DNA from: Auanema rhodensis
Lineage: Eukaryota; Animalia; Nematoda
Length of the DNA stretch: 64,000 bases
Reading direction: 5' to 3'
Assembly: GCA_964057225.1 (NCBI GenBank)
Contig: OZ059898.1
Location: forward strand, 20,026,001-20,090,000
Numbering within the stretch: position 1 is the stretch's first letter; every line of letters starts with the position of its first letter. A model generated the notes under the pieces. The model saw nothing but the letters and a program-made list of their open reading frames with translations. It was not told the DNA's origin and did not search any database. The position numbers and the translations under genes were made by a program. Shown piece after piece: positions 39,921-55,000 of the stretch.

Positions 39921-42900
39921 TTTGAAAAATGATGCATTAGTGTTTTTTGAGTTTCCATGTACACTCAACATTGCTTCCAAAAACATTTTGACAAAAATTT
40001 TTTCGAAAAATTTCAAAATAATTTCGCAAAAAGTAAATGTTTTTAGATTTCTTTTTTCAAGGCAAAGACGATGAACGATGTTATTCAACAAAAAAATTAA
40101 TTCTTCAGGGTGAAAATCGAGGATATAAGTGTGAGCTTATATCAGTTGATATCTCGGTGCATTTTTAAGCTAGCGCAAATCTGATAACACAGATCGACGC
40201 AGCTTAAAAATCCGCATCGAATGCACTATACTACATTGAGAAACGCTTGATACAAAAATTAGTTATGATCGTTTGGAAAATGATGCATTAGTGTATTTTG
40301 AGTTTCCATGTACACTCAACATTGCTTCCAAAAACATTTTGACAAAAATTTTTTCGAAAAATTTCAAAATATTTTCGCAAAAAGTAAATGTTTTTAGATT
40401 TCTTTTTTCAAGGCAAAGACGATGAACGATGTTATTCAACAAAAAAATTAATTCTTCAGGGTGAAAATCGAGGATATAAGTGTGAGCTTATATCAGTTGA
40501 TATCTCGGTGCATTTTTAAGCTAGCGCAAATCTGATAACACAGATCGACGCAGCTTAAAAATCCGCATCGAATGCACTATACTACATTGAGAAACGCTTG
40601 ATACAAAAATTAGTTATGATCGTTTGGAAAATGATGCATTAGTGTATTTTGAGTTTCCATGTACACTCAACATTGCTTCCAAAAACATTTTGACAAAAAT
40701 TTTTTCGAAAAATTTCAAAATATTTTCGCAAAAAGTAAATGTTTTTAGATTTCTTTTTTCAAGGCAAAGACGATGAACGATGTTATTCAACAAAAAAATT
40801 AATTCTTCAGGGTGAAAATCGAGGATATAAGTGTGAGCTTATATCAGTTGATATCTCGGTGCATTTTTAAGCTAGCGCAAATCTGATAACACAGATCGAC
40901 GCAGCTTAAAAATCCGCATCGAATGCACTATACTACATTGAGAAACGCTTGATATAAAAATTAGTTATGATCGTTTGAAAAATGATGCATTAGTGTTTTT
41001 TGAGTTTCCATGTACACTCAACATTGCTTCCAAAAACATTTTGACAAAAATTTTTTCGAAAAATTTCAAAATATTTTCGCAAAAAGTAAATGTTTTTAGA
41101 TTTCTTTTTTCAAGGCAAAGACGATGAACGATGTTATTCAACAAAAAAATTAATTCTTCAGGGTGAAAATCGAGGATATAAGTGTGAGCTTATATCAGTT
41201 GATATCTCGGTGCATTTTTAAGCTAGCGCAAATCTGATAACACAGATCGACGCAGCTTAAAAATTCGCATCGAATGCACTATACTACATTGAGAAACGCT
41301 TGATATAAAAATTAGTTATGATCGTTTGAAAAATGATGCATTAGTGTTTTTTGAGTTTCCATGTACACTCAACATTGCTTCCAAAAACATTTTGACAAAA
41401 ATTTTTTCGAAAAATTTCAAAATAATTTCGCAAAAAGTAGATGTTTTTAAATTTCTTTTTTCAAGGCAAAGACGATGGACAATGTTATTCAACGAATAAA
41501 TTAATTCTTCAGGGTGAAAATCGAGGATATAAGTGTGAACTTATATCAGTTGATATCTCGGTGCATTTTTAAGCTAGCGCAAATCTGATAACACAGATCG
41601 ACGCAGCTTAAAAATCCGCATCGAATGCACTATACTACATTGAGAAACGCTTGATACAAAAATTAGTTATGATCGTTTGGAAAATGATGCATTAGTGTTT
41701 TTTGAGTTTCCATGTACACTCAACATTGCTTCCAAAAACATTTTGACAAAAATTTTTTCGAAAAATTTCAAAATAATTTCGCAAAAAGTAAATGTTTTTA
41801 GATTTCTTTTTTCAAGGCAAAGATGATGAACGATGTTATTCAACAAAAAAATTAATTCTTCAGGGTGAAAATCGAGGATATAAGTGTGAGCTTATATCAG
41901 TTGATATCTCGGTGCATTTTTAAGCTAGCGCAAATCTGATAACACAGATCGACGCAGCTTAAAAATCCGCATCGAATGCACTATACTACATTGAGAAACG
42001 CTTGATATAAAAATTAGTTATGATCGTTTGAAAAATGATGCATTAGTGTTTTTTGAGTTTCCATGTACACTCAACATTGCTTCCAAAAACATTTTGACAA
42101 AAATTTTTTCGAAAAATTTCAAAATAATTTCGCAAAAAGTAGATAATTTTAGATTTTTTCGTTCAAGGCAAAGACGATGAACAATGTTATTCAACGAAAA
42201 AATTAATTCTTCAGGGTGAAAATCGAGGATATAAGTGTGAGCTTATATCAGTTGATATCTCGGTGCATTTTCAAGCTAGCGCAAATCTAATAACACAGAT
42301 CGACGCAGCTTAAAAATCCGCATCGAATGCACTATACTACATTGAGAAACGCTTGATACAAAAATTAGTTATGATCGTTTGAAAAATGATGCATTAGTGT
42401 TTTTTGAGTTTCCATGTACACTCAACATTGCTTCCAAAAATATTTTGACAAAAATTTTTTCGAAAAATTTCAAAATAATTTCGCAAAAAGTAGATGTTTT
42501 TAGATTTTTTTTTTCAAGGCAAAGACGATGGACAATGTTATTCAACGAAAAAATTAATTCTTCAGGGTGAAAATCGAGGATATAAGTGTGAACTTATATC
42601 AGTTGATATCTCGGTGCATTTTCAAGCTAGCGCAAATCTAATAACACAGATCGACGCAGCTTAAAAATCCGCATCGAATGCACTATACTACATTGAAAAA
42701 CGCTTGATACAAAAATTAGTTATGATCGTTTGAAAAATGATGCATTAGTGTATTTTGAGTTTCCATGTACACTCAACATTGCTTCCAAAAACATTTTGAC
42801 AAAAATTTTTCCGAAACATTTCAAAATAATTTCGCAAAAAGTAGCTGTTTTTAGATTCTTTTTTTCAAGGCAAAGACGATGGACAATGTTATTCAACGAA

Positions 42901-43080
42901 AAAATTAATTCTTCAGGGTGAAAATCGAGGATATAAGTGTGAACTTATATCAGTTGATATCTCGGTGCATTTTCAAGCTAGCGCAAATCTGATAACACAG
43001 ATCGACGCAGCTTAAAAATCCGCATCGAATGCACTATACTACATTGAAAAACGCTTGATACAAAAATTAGTTATGATCGT

Positions 43081-46000
43081 TTGAAAAATGATGCATTAGT
43101 GTATTTTGAGTTTCCATGTACACTCAACATTGCTTCCAAAAACATTTTGACAAAAATTTTTCCGAAACATTTCAAAATAATTTCGCAAAAAGTAGCTGTT
43201 TTTAGATTCTTTTTTTCAAGGCAAAGACGATGGACAATGTTATTCAACAAAAAAATTAATTCTTCAGGGTGAAAATCGAGGATATAAGTGTGAACTTATA
43301 TCAGTTGATATCTCGGTGCATTTTTAAGCTAGCGCAAATCTGATAACACAGATCGACGCAGCTTAAAAATCCGCATCGAATGCACTATACTATATTGAGA
43401 AACGCTTGATACAAAAGTTAGTTATGATCGTTTGAAAAATGATGCATTAGTGTATTTTGAGTTTCCATGTACACTCAACATTGCTTCCAAAAACATTTTG
43501 ACAAAAATTTTTTCGAAAAATTTCAAAATAATTTCGCAAAAAGTAGATGTTTTTAGATTTTTTTTTTAAGGCAAAGACGATGGACAATGTTATTCAACGA
43601 AAAAATTAATTCTTCAGGGTGAAAATCGAGGATATAAGTGTGAGCTTATATCGGTTGATATCTCGGTGCATTTTTACGCTAGCGCAAATATGATAACACA
43701 GATCGACGCAGCTTAAAAATCCGCATCGAATGCACTATACTACATTGAGAAACGCTTGATACAAAAATTAGTTATGATCGTTTGAAAAATGATGCATTAG
43801 TGTATTTTGAGTTTCCATGTACACTCAACATTGCTTCCAAAAACATTTTGACAAAAATTTTTTCGAAAAATTTCAAAATAATTTCGCAAAAAGTAAATGT
43901 TTTAAGATTTCTTTTTTCAAGGCAAAGACGATGAACGATGTTATTCAACAAAAAAATTAATTCTTCAGGGTGAAAATCGAGGATATAAGTGTGAGCTTAT
44001 ATCAGTTGATATCTCGGTGCATTTTTAAGCTAGCGCAAATCTGATAACACAGATCGACGCAGCTTAAAAATCCGCATCGAATGCACTATACTACATTGAG
44101 AAACGCTTGATACAAAAATTAGTTATGATCGTTTGGAAAATGATGCATTAGTGTTTTTTGAGTTTCCATGTACACTCAACATTGCTTCCAAAAACATTTT
44201 GACAAAAATTTTTTCGAAAAATTTCAAAATAATTTCGCAAAAAGTAGATGTTTTTAAATTTCTTTTTTCAAGGCAAAGACGATGGACAATGTTATTCAAC
44301 GAATAAATTAATTCTTCAGGGTGAAAATCGAGGATATAAGTGTGAACTTATATCAGTTGATATCTCGGTGCATTTTTAAGCTAGCGCAAATCTGATAACA
44401 CAGATCGACGCAGCTTAAAAATCCGCATCGAATGCACTATACTACATTGAGAAACGCTTGATACAAAAATTAGTTATGATCGTTTGGAAAATGATGCATT
44501 AGTGTTTTTTGAGTTTCCATGTACACTCAACATTGCTTCCAAAAACATTTTGACAAAAATTTTTTCGAAAAATTTCAAAATAATTTCGCAAAAAGTAAAT
44601 GTTTTTAGATTTTTTCGTTCAAGGCAAAGACGATGAACGATGTTATTCAACAAAAAAATTAATTCTTCAGGGTGAAAATCGAGGATATAAGTGTGAGCTT
44701 ATATCAGTTGATATCTCGGTGCATTTTTAAGCTAGCGCAAATCTGATAACACAGATCGACGCAGCTTAAAAATCCGCATCGAATGCACTATACTACATTG
44801 AGAAACGCTTGATATAAAAATTAGTTATGATCGTTTGAAAAATGATGCATTAGTGTTTTTTGAGTTTCCATGTACACTCAACATTGCTTCCAAAAACATT
44901 TTGACAAAAATTTTTTCGAAAAATTTCAAAATAATTTCGCAAAAAGTAGATGTTTTTAAATTTCTTTTTTCAAGGCAAAGACGATGGACAATGTTATTCA
45001 ACGAATAAATTAATTCTTCAGGGTGAAAATCGAGAATATAAGTGTGAACTTATATCAGTTGATATCTCGGTGCATTTTTAAGCTAGCGCAAATTTGATAA
45101 CACAGATCGACGCAGCTTAAAAATCCGCATCGAATGCACTATACTACATTGAGAAACGCTTGATACAAAAATTAGTTATGATCGTTTGGAAAATGATGCA
45201 TTAGTGTTTTTTGAGTTTCCATGTACACTCAACATTGCTTCCAAAAACATTTTGACAAAAATTTTTTCGAAAAATTTCAAAATAATTTCGCAAAAAGTAA
45301 ATGTTTTTAGATTTCTTTTTTCAAGGCAAAGACGATGAACGATGTTATTCAACAAAAAAATTAATTCTTCAGGGTGAAAATCGAGGATATAAGTGTGAGC
45401 TTATATCAGTTGATATCTCGGTGCATTTTTAAGCTAGCGCAAATCTGATAACACAGATCGACGCAGCTTAAAAATCCGCATCGAATGCACTATACTACAT
45501 TGAGAAACGCTTGATATAAAAATTAGTTATGATCGTTTGAAAAATGATGCATTAGTGTTTTTTGAGTTTCCATGTACACTCAACATTGCTTCCAAAAACA
45601 TTTTGACAAAAATTTTTTCGAAAAATTTCAAAATAATTTCGCAAAAAGTAGATAATTTTAGATTTTTTCGTTCAAGGCAAAGACGATGGACAATGTTATT
45701 CAACGAAAAAATTAATTCTTCAGGGTGAAAATCGAGGATATAAGTGTGAGCTTATATCAGTTGATATCTCGGTGCATTTTCAAGCTAGCGCAAATCTAAT
45801 AACACAGATCGACGCAGCTTAAAAATCCGCATCGAATGCACTATACTACATTGAGAAACGCTTGATACAAAAATTAGTTATGATCGTTTGAAAAATGATG
45901 CATTAGTGTTTTTTGAGTTTCCATGTACACTCAACATTGCTTCCAAAAACGTTTTGACAAAAATTTTTTCGAAAAATTTCAAAATAATTTCGCAAAAAGT

Positions 46001-49000
46001 AGATGTTTTTAGATTTTTTTTTTCAAGGCAAAGACGATGGACAATGTTATTCAACGAAAAAATTAATTCTTCAGGGTGAAAATCGAGGATATAAGTGTGA
46101 ACTTATATCAGTTGATATCTCGGTGCATTTTCAAGCTAGCGCAAATCTAATAACACAGATCGACGCAGCTTAAAAATCCGCATCGAATGCACTATACTAC
46201 ATTGAAAAACGCTTGATACAAAAATTAGTTATGATCGTTTGGAAAATGATGCATTAGTGTATTTTGAGTTTCCATGTACACTCAACATTGCTTCCAAAAA
46301 CATTTTGACAAAAATTTTTTCGAAAAATTTCAAAATAATTTCGCAAAAAGTAAATGTTTTTAGATTTCTTTTTTCAAGGCAAAGACGATGAACGATGTTA
46401 TTCAACAAAAAAATTAATTCTTCAGGGTGAAAATCGAGGATATAAGTGTGAGCTTATATCAGTTGATATCTCGGTGCATTTTTAAGCTAGCGCAAATCTG
46501 ATAACACAGATCGACGCAGCTTAAAAATCCGCATCGAATGCACTATACTACATTGAGAAACGCTTGATATAAAAATTAGTTATGATCGTTTGAAAAATGA
46601 TGCATTAGTGTTTTTTGAGTTTCCATGTACACTCAACATTGCTTCCAAAAACATTTTGACAAAAATTTTTTCGAAAAATTTCAAAATAATTTCGCAAAAA
46701 GTAGATAATTTTAGATTTTTTCGTTCAAGGCAAAGACGATGGACAATGTTATTCAACGAAAAAATTAATTCTTCAGGGTGAAAATCGAGGATATAAGTGT
46801 GAGCTTATATCAGTTGATATCTCGGTGCATTTTCAAGCTAGCGCAAATCTAATAACACAGATCGACGCAGCTTAAAAATCCGCATCGAATGCACTATACT
46901 ACATTGAGAAACGCTTGATACAAAAATTAGTTATGATCGTTTGAAAAATGATGCATTAGTGTATTTTGAGTTTCCATGTACACTCAACATTGCTTCCAAA
47001 AACATTTTGACAAAAATTTTTTCGAAAAATTTCAGAATAATTTCGCAAAAAGTAAATGTTTTTAGATTTCTTTTTTCAAGGCAAAGACGATGGACGATGT
47101 TATTCAACAAAAAAATTAATTCTTCAGGGTGAAAATCGAGTAAATAAGTGTGAACTTATATCAGTTGATATCTCGGTGCATTTTTAAGCTAGCGCAAATC
47201 TGATAACACAGATCGACGCAGCTTAAAACTCCGCATCGAGTGCACTATACTACATTGAGAAACGCTTGATACAAAAATTAGTTATGATCGTTTGAAAAAT
47301 GATGCATTAGTGTATTTTGAGTTTCCATGTACATTCAACATTGCTTCCAAAAACATTTTGACAAAAATTTTTCCGAAAAATTTCAAAATAATTTCGCAAA
47401 AAGTAGATGTTTTTAGATTTTTTTTTTCAAGGCAAAGACGATGGACAAGGTTTATCAACGAAAAAATTAATTCTTCAGGGTGAAAATCGAGGATATAAGT
47501 GTGAACTTATATCAGTTGATATCTCGGTGCATTTTTCAGCTAGCGCAAATATGATAACACAGATCGACGCAGCTTAAAAATCCGCATCGAATGCACTATA
47601 CTACATTGAGAAACGCTTGATACAAAAATTAGTTATGATCGTTTGAAAAATGATGCATTAGTGTATTTTGAGTTTCCATGTACACTCAACATTGCTTCCA
47701 AAAACATTTTGACAAAAATTTTTCCGAAAAATTTCAAAATAATTTCGCAAAAAGTAGATGTTTTTAGATTTTTTTTTCAAGGCAAAGACGATGGACAAGG
47801 TTATTCAACGAAAAAATTAATTCTTCAGGGTGAAAATCGAGGATATAAAAGTGAACTTATATCAGTTGATATCTCGGTGCATTTTTAAGCTAGCGCAAAT
47901 CTGATAACACAGATCGATGCAGCTTAAAAATCCGCATCGAATGCACTATACTACATTGAGAAACGCTTGATACAAAAATTAGTTATGATCGTTTGAAAAA
48001 TGATGCATTAGTGTATTTTGAGTTTCCATGTACACTCAACATTGCTTCCAAAAACATTTTGACAAAAATTTTTCCGAAAAATTTCAAAATAATTTCGCAA
48101 AAAGTAGATGTTTTTCGATTTTTTTTTTCAAGGCAAAGACGATGGACAATGTTATTCAACAAAAAAATTAATTCTTCAGGGTGAAAATCGAGGATATAAG
48201 TGTGAACTTATATCAGTTGATATCTCGGTGCATTTTTAAGCTAGCGCAAATCTGATAACACAGATCGACGCAGCTTAAAAATCCGCATCGAATGCACTAT
48301 ACTATATTGAGAAACGCTTGATACAAAAGTTAGTTATGATCGTTTGAAAAATGATGCATTAGTGTATTTTGAGTTTCCATGTACACTCAACATTGCTTCC
48401 AAAAACATTTTGACAAAAATTTTTTCGAAAAATTTCAAAATAATTTCGCAAAAAGTAAATGTTTTTAGATTTCTTTTTTCAAGGCAAAGACGATGGACGA
48501 TGTTATTCAACAAAAAAATTAATTCTTCAGGGTGAAAATCGAGGATATAAGTGTGAACTTATATCAGTTGATATCTCGGTGCATTTTTAAGCTAGCGCAA
48601 ATCTGATAACACAGATCGACGCAGCTTAAAAATCCGCATCGAATGCACTATACTACATTGAGAAACGCTTGATACAAAAATTAGTTATGATCGTTTGGAA
48701 AATGATGCATTAGTGTATTTTGAGTTTCCATGTACACTCAACATTGCTTCCAAAAACATTTTGACAAACATTTTTCCGAAAAATTTCAAAATAATTTCGC
48801 AAAAAGTAGATGTTTTTCAATTTTATTTTTCGAGGCAAAGACGATGGACAATGTTATTCAACGAAAAAATTAATTCTTCAGGGTGAAAATCGAAGATATA
48901 AGTGTGAACTTATATCAGTTGATATCTCGGTGCACTTTTAAGCTAGCGCAAATCTGATAACACAGATCGACGCAGCTTAAAAATCCGCATCGAATGCACT

Positions 49001-52000
49001 ATACTACATTGAGAAACGCTTAATACAAAAATTAGTTATGATCGTTTGGAAAATGATGCATTAGTGTATGTTGAGTTTCCATGTACACTCAACATTGCTT
49101 CCAAAAACATTTTGACAAAAATTTTTTCGAAAAATTTCTGAATAATTTAGCAAAAAGTAGATGTTTTTAGATTTTTTTTTTAAGGCAAAGACGATGGACA
49201 ATGTTATTCAACGAAAAAATTAATTCTTCAGGGTGAAAATCGAGGATATAAGTGTGAGCTTATATCGGTTGATATCTCGGTGCATTTTTACGCTAGCGCA
49301 AATATGATAACACAGATCGACGCAGCTTACAAATCCGCATCGAATGCACTATACTACATTGAGAAACGCTTGATACAAAAATTAGTTATGATCGTTTGAA
49401 AAATGATGCATTAGTGTATTTTGAGTTTCCATGTACACTCAACATTGCTTCCAAAAACATTTTGACAAAAATTTTTCCGAAACATTTCAAAATAATTTCG
49501 CAAAAAGTAGCTGTTTTTAGATTCTTTTTTTCAAGGCAAAGACGATGGACAATGTTATTCAACAAAAAAATTAATTCTTCAGGGTGAAAATCGAGGATAT
49601 AAGTGTGAACTTATATCAGTTGATATCTCGGTGCATTTTTAAGCTAGCGCAAATCTGATAACACAGATCGACGCAGCTTAAAAATCCGCATCGAATGCAC
49701 TATACTATATTGAGAAACGTTTGATACAAAAGTTAGTTATGATCGTTTGAAAAATGATGCATTAGTGTATTTTGAGTTTCCATGTACACTCAACATTGCT
49801 TCCAAAAACATTTTGACAAAAATTTTTTCGAAAAATTTCAAAATAATTTCGCAAAAAGTAGATGTTTTTAGATTTTTTTTTTAAGGCAAAGACGATGGAC
49901 AATGTTATTCAACGAAAAAATTAATTCTTCAGGGTGAAAATCGAGGATATAAGTGTGAGCTTATATCGGTTGATATCTCGGTGCATTTTTACGCTAGCGC
50001 AAATATGATAACACAGATCGACGCAGCTTAAAAATCCGCATCGAATGCACTATACTACATTGAGAAACGCTTGATACAAAAATTAGTTATGATCGTTTGA
50101 AAAATGATGCATTAGTGTATTTTGAGTTTCCATGTACACTCAACATTGCTTCCAAAAACATTTTGACAAAAATTTTTTCGAAAAATTTCAAAATAATTTC
50201 GCAAAAAGTAAATGTTTTAAGATTTCTTTTTTCAAGGCAAAGACGATGAACGATGTTATTCAACAAAAAAATTAATTCTTCACGGTGAAAATCGAGGATA
50301 TAAGTGTGAGCTTATATCAGTTGATATCTCGGTGCATTTTTAAGCTAGCGCAAATCTGATAACACAGATCGACGCAGCTTAAAAATCCGCATCGAATGCA
50401 CTATACTACATTGAGAAACGCTTGATACAAAAATTAGTTATGATCGTTTGGAAAATGATGCATTAGTGTATTTTGAGTTTCCATGTACACTCAACATTGC
50501 TTCCAAAAACATTTTGACAAAAATTTTTTCGAAAAATTTCAAAATATTTTCGCAAAAAGTAAATGTTTTTAGATTTCTTTTTTCAAGGCAAAGACGATGA
50601 ACGATGTTATTCAACAAAAAAATTAATTCTTCAGGGTGAAAATCGAGGATATAAGTGTGAGCTTATATCAGTTGATATCTCGGTGCATTTTTAAGCTAGC
50701 GCAAATCTGATAACACAGATCGACGCAGCTTAAAAATCCGCATCGAATGCACTATACTACATTGAGAAACGCTTGATATAAAAATTAGTTATGATCGTTT
50801 GAAAAATGATGCATTAGTGTTTTTTGAGTTTCCATGTACACTCAACATTGCTTCCAAAAACATTTTGACAAAAATTTTTTCGAAAAATTTCAAAATAATT
50901 TCGCAAAAAGTAGATGTTTTTAAATTTCTTTTTTCAAGGCAAAGACGATGGACAATGTTATTCAACGAATAAATTAATTCTTCAGGGTGAAAATCGAGGA
51001 TATAAGTGTGAACTTATATCAGTTGATATCTCGGTGCATTTTTAAGCTAGCGCAAATCTGATAACACAGATCGACGCAGCTTAAAAATCCGCATCGAATG
51101 CACTATACTACATTGAGAAACGCTTGATACAAAAATTAGTTATGATCGTTTGGAAAATGATGCATTAGTGTTTTTTGAGTTTCCATGTACACTCAACATT
51201 GCTTCCAAAAACATTTTGACAAAAATTTTTTCGAAAAATTTCAAAATAATTTCGCAAAAAGTAAATGTTTTTAGATTTCTTTTTTCAAGGCAAAGACGAT
51301 GAACGATGTTATTCAACAAAAAAATTAATTCTTCAGGGTGAAAATCGAGGATATAAGTGTGAGCTTATATCAGTTGATATCTCGGTGCATTTTTAAGCTA
51401 GCGCAAATCTGATAACACAGATCGACGCAGCTTAAAAATCCGCATCGAATGCACTATACTACATTGAGAAACGCTTGATATAAAAATTAGTTATGATCGT
51501 TTGAAAAATGATGCATTAGTGTTTTTTGAGTTTCCATGTACACTCAACATTGCTTCCAAAAACATTTTGACAAAAATTTTTTCGAAAAATTTCAAAATAA
51601 TTTCGCAAAAAGTAGATAATTTTAGATTTTTTCGTTCAAGGCAAAGACGATGGACAATGTTCTTCAACGAAAAAATTAATTCTTCAGGGTGAAAATCGAG
51701 GATATAAGTGTGAGCTTATATCAGTTGATATCTCGGTGCATTTTCAAGCTAGCGCAAATCTAATAACACAGATCGACGCAGCTTAAAAATCCGCATCGAA
51801 TGCACTATACTACATTGAGAAACGCTTGATACAAAAATTAGTTATGATCGTTTGAAAAATGATGCATTAGTGTTTTTTGAGTTTCCATGTACACTCAACA
51901 TTGCTTCCAAAAACATTTTGACAAAAATTTTTTCGAAAAATTTCAAAATAATTTCGCAAAAAGTAGATGTTTTTAGATTTTTTTTTTCAAGGCAAAGACG

Positions 52001-55000
52001 ATGGACAATGTTATTCAACGAAAAAATTAATTCTTCAGGGTGAAAATCGAGGATATAAGTGTGAACTTATATCAGTTGATATCTCGGTGCATTTTCAAGC
52101 TAGCGCAAATCTAATAACACAGATCGACGCAGCTTAAAAATCCGCATCGAATGCACTATACTACATTGAAAAACGCTTGATACAAAAATTAGTTATGATC
52201 GTTTGGAAAATGATGCATTAGTGTATTTTGAGTTTCCATGTACACTCAACATTGCTTCCAAAAACATTTTGACAAAAATTTTTTCGAAAAATTTCAAAAT
52301 AATTTCGCAAAAAGTAAATGTTTTTAGATTTCTTTTTTCAAGGCAAAGACGATGAACGATGTTATTCAACAAAAAAATTAATTCTTCAGGGTGAAAATCG
52401 AGGATATAAGTGTGAGCTTATATCAGTTGATATCTCGGTGCATTTTTAAGCTAGCGCAAATCTGATAACACAGATCGACGCAGCTTAAAAATCCGCATCG
52501 AATGCACTATACTACATTGAGAAACGCTTGATATAAAAATTAGTTATGATCGTTTGAAAAATGATGCATTAGTGTTTTTTGAGTTTCCATGTACACTCAA
52601 CATTGCTTCCAAAAACATTTTGACAAAAATTTTTTCGAAAAATTTCAAAATGATTTCGCAAAAAGTAGATAATTTTAGATTTTTTCGTACAAGGCAAAGA
52701 CGATGGACAATGTTATTCAACGAAAAAATTAATTCTTCAGGGTGAAAATCGAGGATATAAGTGTGAGCTTATATCAGTTGATATCTCGGTGCATTTTCAA
52801 GCTAGCGCAAATCTAATAACACAGATCGACGCAGCTTAAAAATCCGCATCGAATGCACTATACTACATTGAGAAACGCTTGATACAAAAATTAGTTATGA
52901 TCGTTTGAAAAATGATGCATTAGTGTTTTTTGAGTTTCCATGTACACTCAACATTGCTTCCAAAAACATTTTGACAAAAATTTTTTCGAAAAATTTCAAA
53001 ATAATTTCGCAAAAAGTAGATGTTTTTAGATTTGTTTTTCCAAGGCAAAGACGATGGACAATGTTATTCAACGAAAAAATTAATTCTTCAGGGTGAAAAT
53101 CGAGGATATAAGTGTGAACTTATATCAGTTGATATCTCGGTGCATTTTCAAGCTAGCGCAAATCTAATAACACAGATCGACGCAGCTTAAAAGTCCGCAT
53201 CGAATGCACTATACTACATTGAGAAAAGCTTAATACAAAAATTAGTTATGATCGTTTGAAAAATGATGCATTAGTGTATTTTGAGTTTCCATGTACTTTC
53301 AGCATTGCTTCCAAAAACATTTTGACAAACATTTTTTCGAAAAATTTCAAAGTAATTTCGCAAAAAGTAAATGTTTTTAGATTTCTTTTTTCAAGGCAAA
53401 GACGATGGACGATGTTATTCAACAAAAAAATTAATTCTTCAGGGTGAAAATCGAGGATATAAGTGTGAGCTTATATCAGTTGATATCTCGGTGCATTTTC
53501 AAGCTAGCGCAAATCTAATAACACAGATCGACGCAGCTTAAAAATCCGCATCGAATGCACTATACTACATTGAGAAACGCTTGATACAAAAATTAGTTAT
53601 GATCGTTTGAAAAATGATGCATTAGTGTTTTTTGAGTTTCCATGTACACTCAACATTGCTTCCAAAAACATTTTGACAAAAATTTTTTCGAAAAATTTCA
53701 AAATAATTTCGCAAAAAGTAGATGTTTTTAGATTTTTTTTTTCAAGGCAAAGACGATGGACAATGTTATTCAACGAAAAAATTAATTCTTCAGGGTGAAA
53801 ATCGAGGATATAAGTGTGAACTTATATCAGTTGATATCTCGGTGCATTTTCAAGCTAGCGCAAATCTAATAACACAGATCGACGCAGCTTAAAAGTCCGC
53901 ATCGAATGCACTATACTACATTGAGAAAAGCTTAATACAAAAAATTAGTTATGATCGTTTGAAAAATGATGCATTAGTATATTTTGAGTTTCCATGTACT
54001 TTCAGCATTGCTTCCAAAAACATTTTGACAAAAATTTTTTCGAAAAATTTCAAAATAATTTCGCAAAAAGTAAATGTTTTTAGATTTCTTTTTTCAAGGC
54101 AAAGACGATGAACGATGTTATTCAACAAAAAAATTAATTCTTCAGGGTGAAAATCGAGGATATAAGTGTGAGCTTATATCAGTTGATATCTCGGTGCATT
54201 TTCAAGCTAGCGCAAATCTAATAACACAGATCGACGCAGCTTAAAAATCCGCATCGAATGCACTATACTACATTGAGAAACGCTTGATACAAAAATTAGT
54301 TATGATCGTTTGAAAAATGATGCATTAGTGTTTTTTGAGTTTCCATGTACACTCAACATTGCTTCCAAAAACATTTTGACAAAAGTTTTTTCGAAAAATT
54401 TCAAAATAATTTCGCAAAAAGTAAATGTTTTTAGATTTCTTTTTTCAAGGCAAAGACGATGGACGATGTTATTCAACAAAAAAATTAATTCTTCAGGGTG
54501 AAAATCGAGGATATAAGTGTGAGCTTATATCAGTTGATATCTCGGTGCATTTTTAAGCTAGCGCAAATCTGATAACACAGATCGACGCAGCTTAAAAATC
54601 CGCATCGAATGCACTATACTACATTGAAAAACGCTTGATACAAAAATTAGTTATGATCGTTTGGAAAATGATGCATTAGTGTATTTTGAGTTTCCATGTA
54701 CACTCAACATTGCTTCCAAAAACATTTTGACAAAAATTTTTTCGAAAAATTTCAAAATAATTTCGCAAAAAGTAGATAATTTTAGATTTTTTCGTTCAAG
54801 GCAAAGACGATGGACAATGTTATTCAACGAAAAAATTAATTCTTCAGGGTGAAAATCGAGGATATAAGTGTGAGCTTATATCAGTTGATATCTCGGTGCA
54901 TTTTTAAGCTAGCGCAAATCTAATAACACAGATCGACGCAGCTTAAAAATCCGCATCGAATGCACTATACTACATTGAGAAACGCTTGATACAAAAATTA

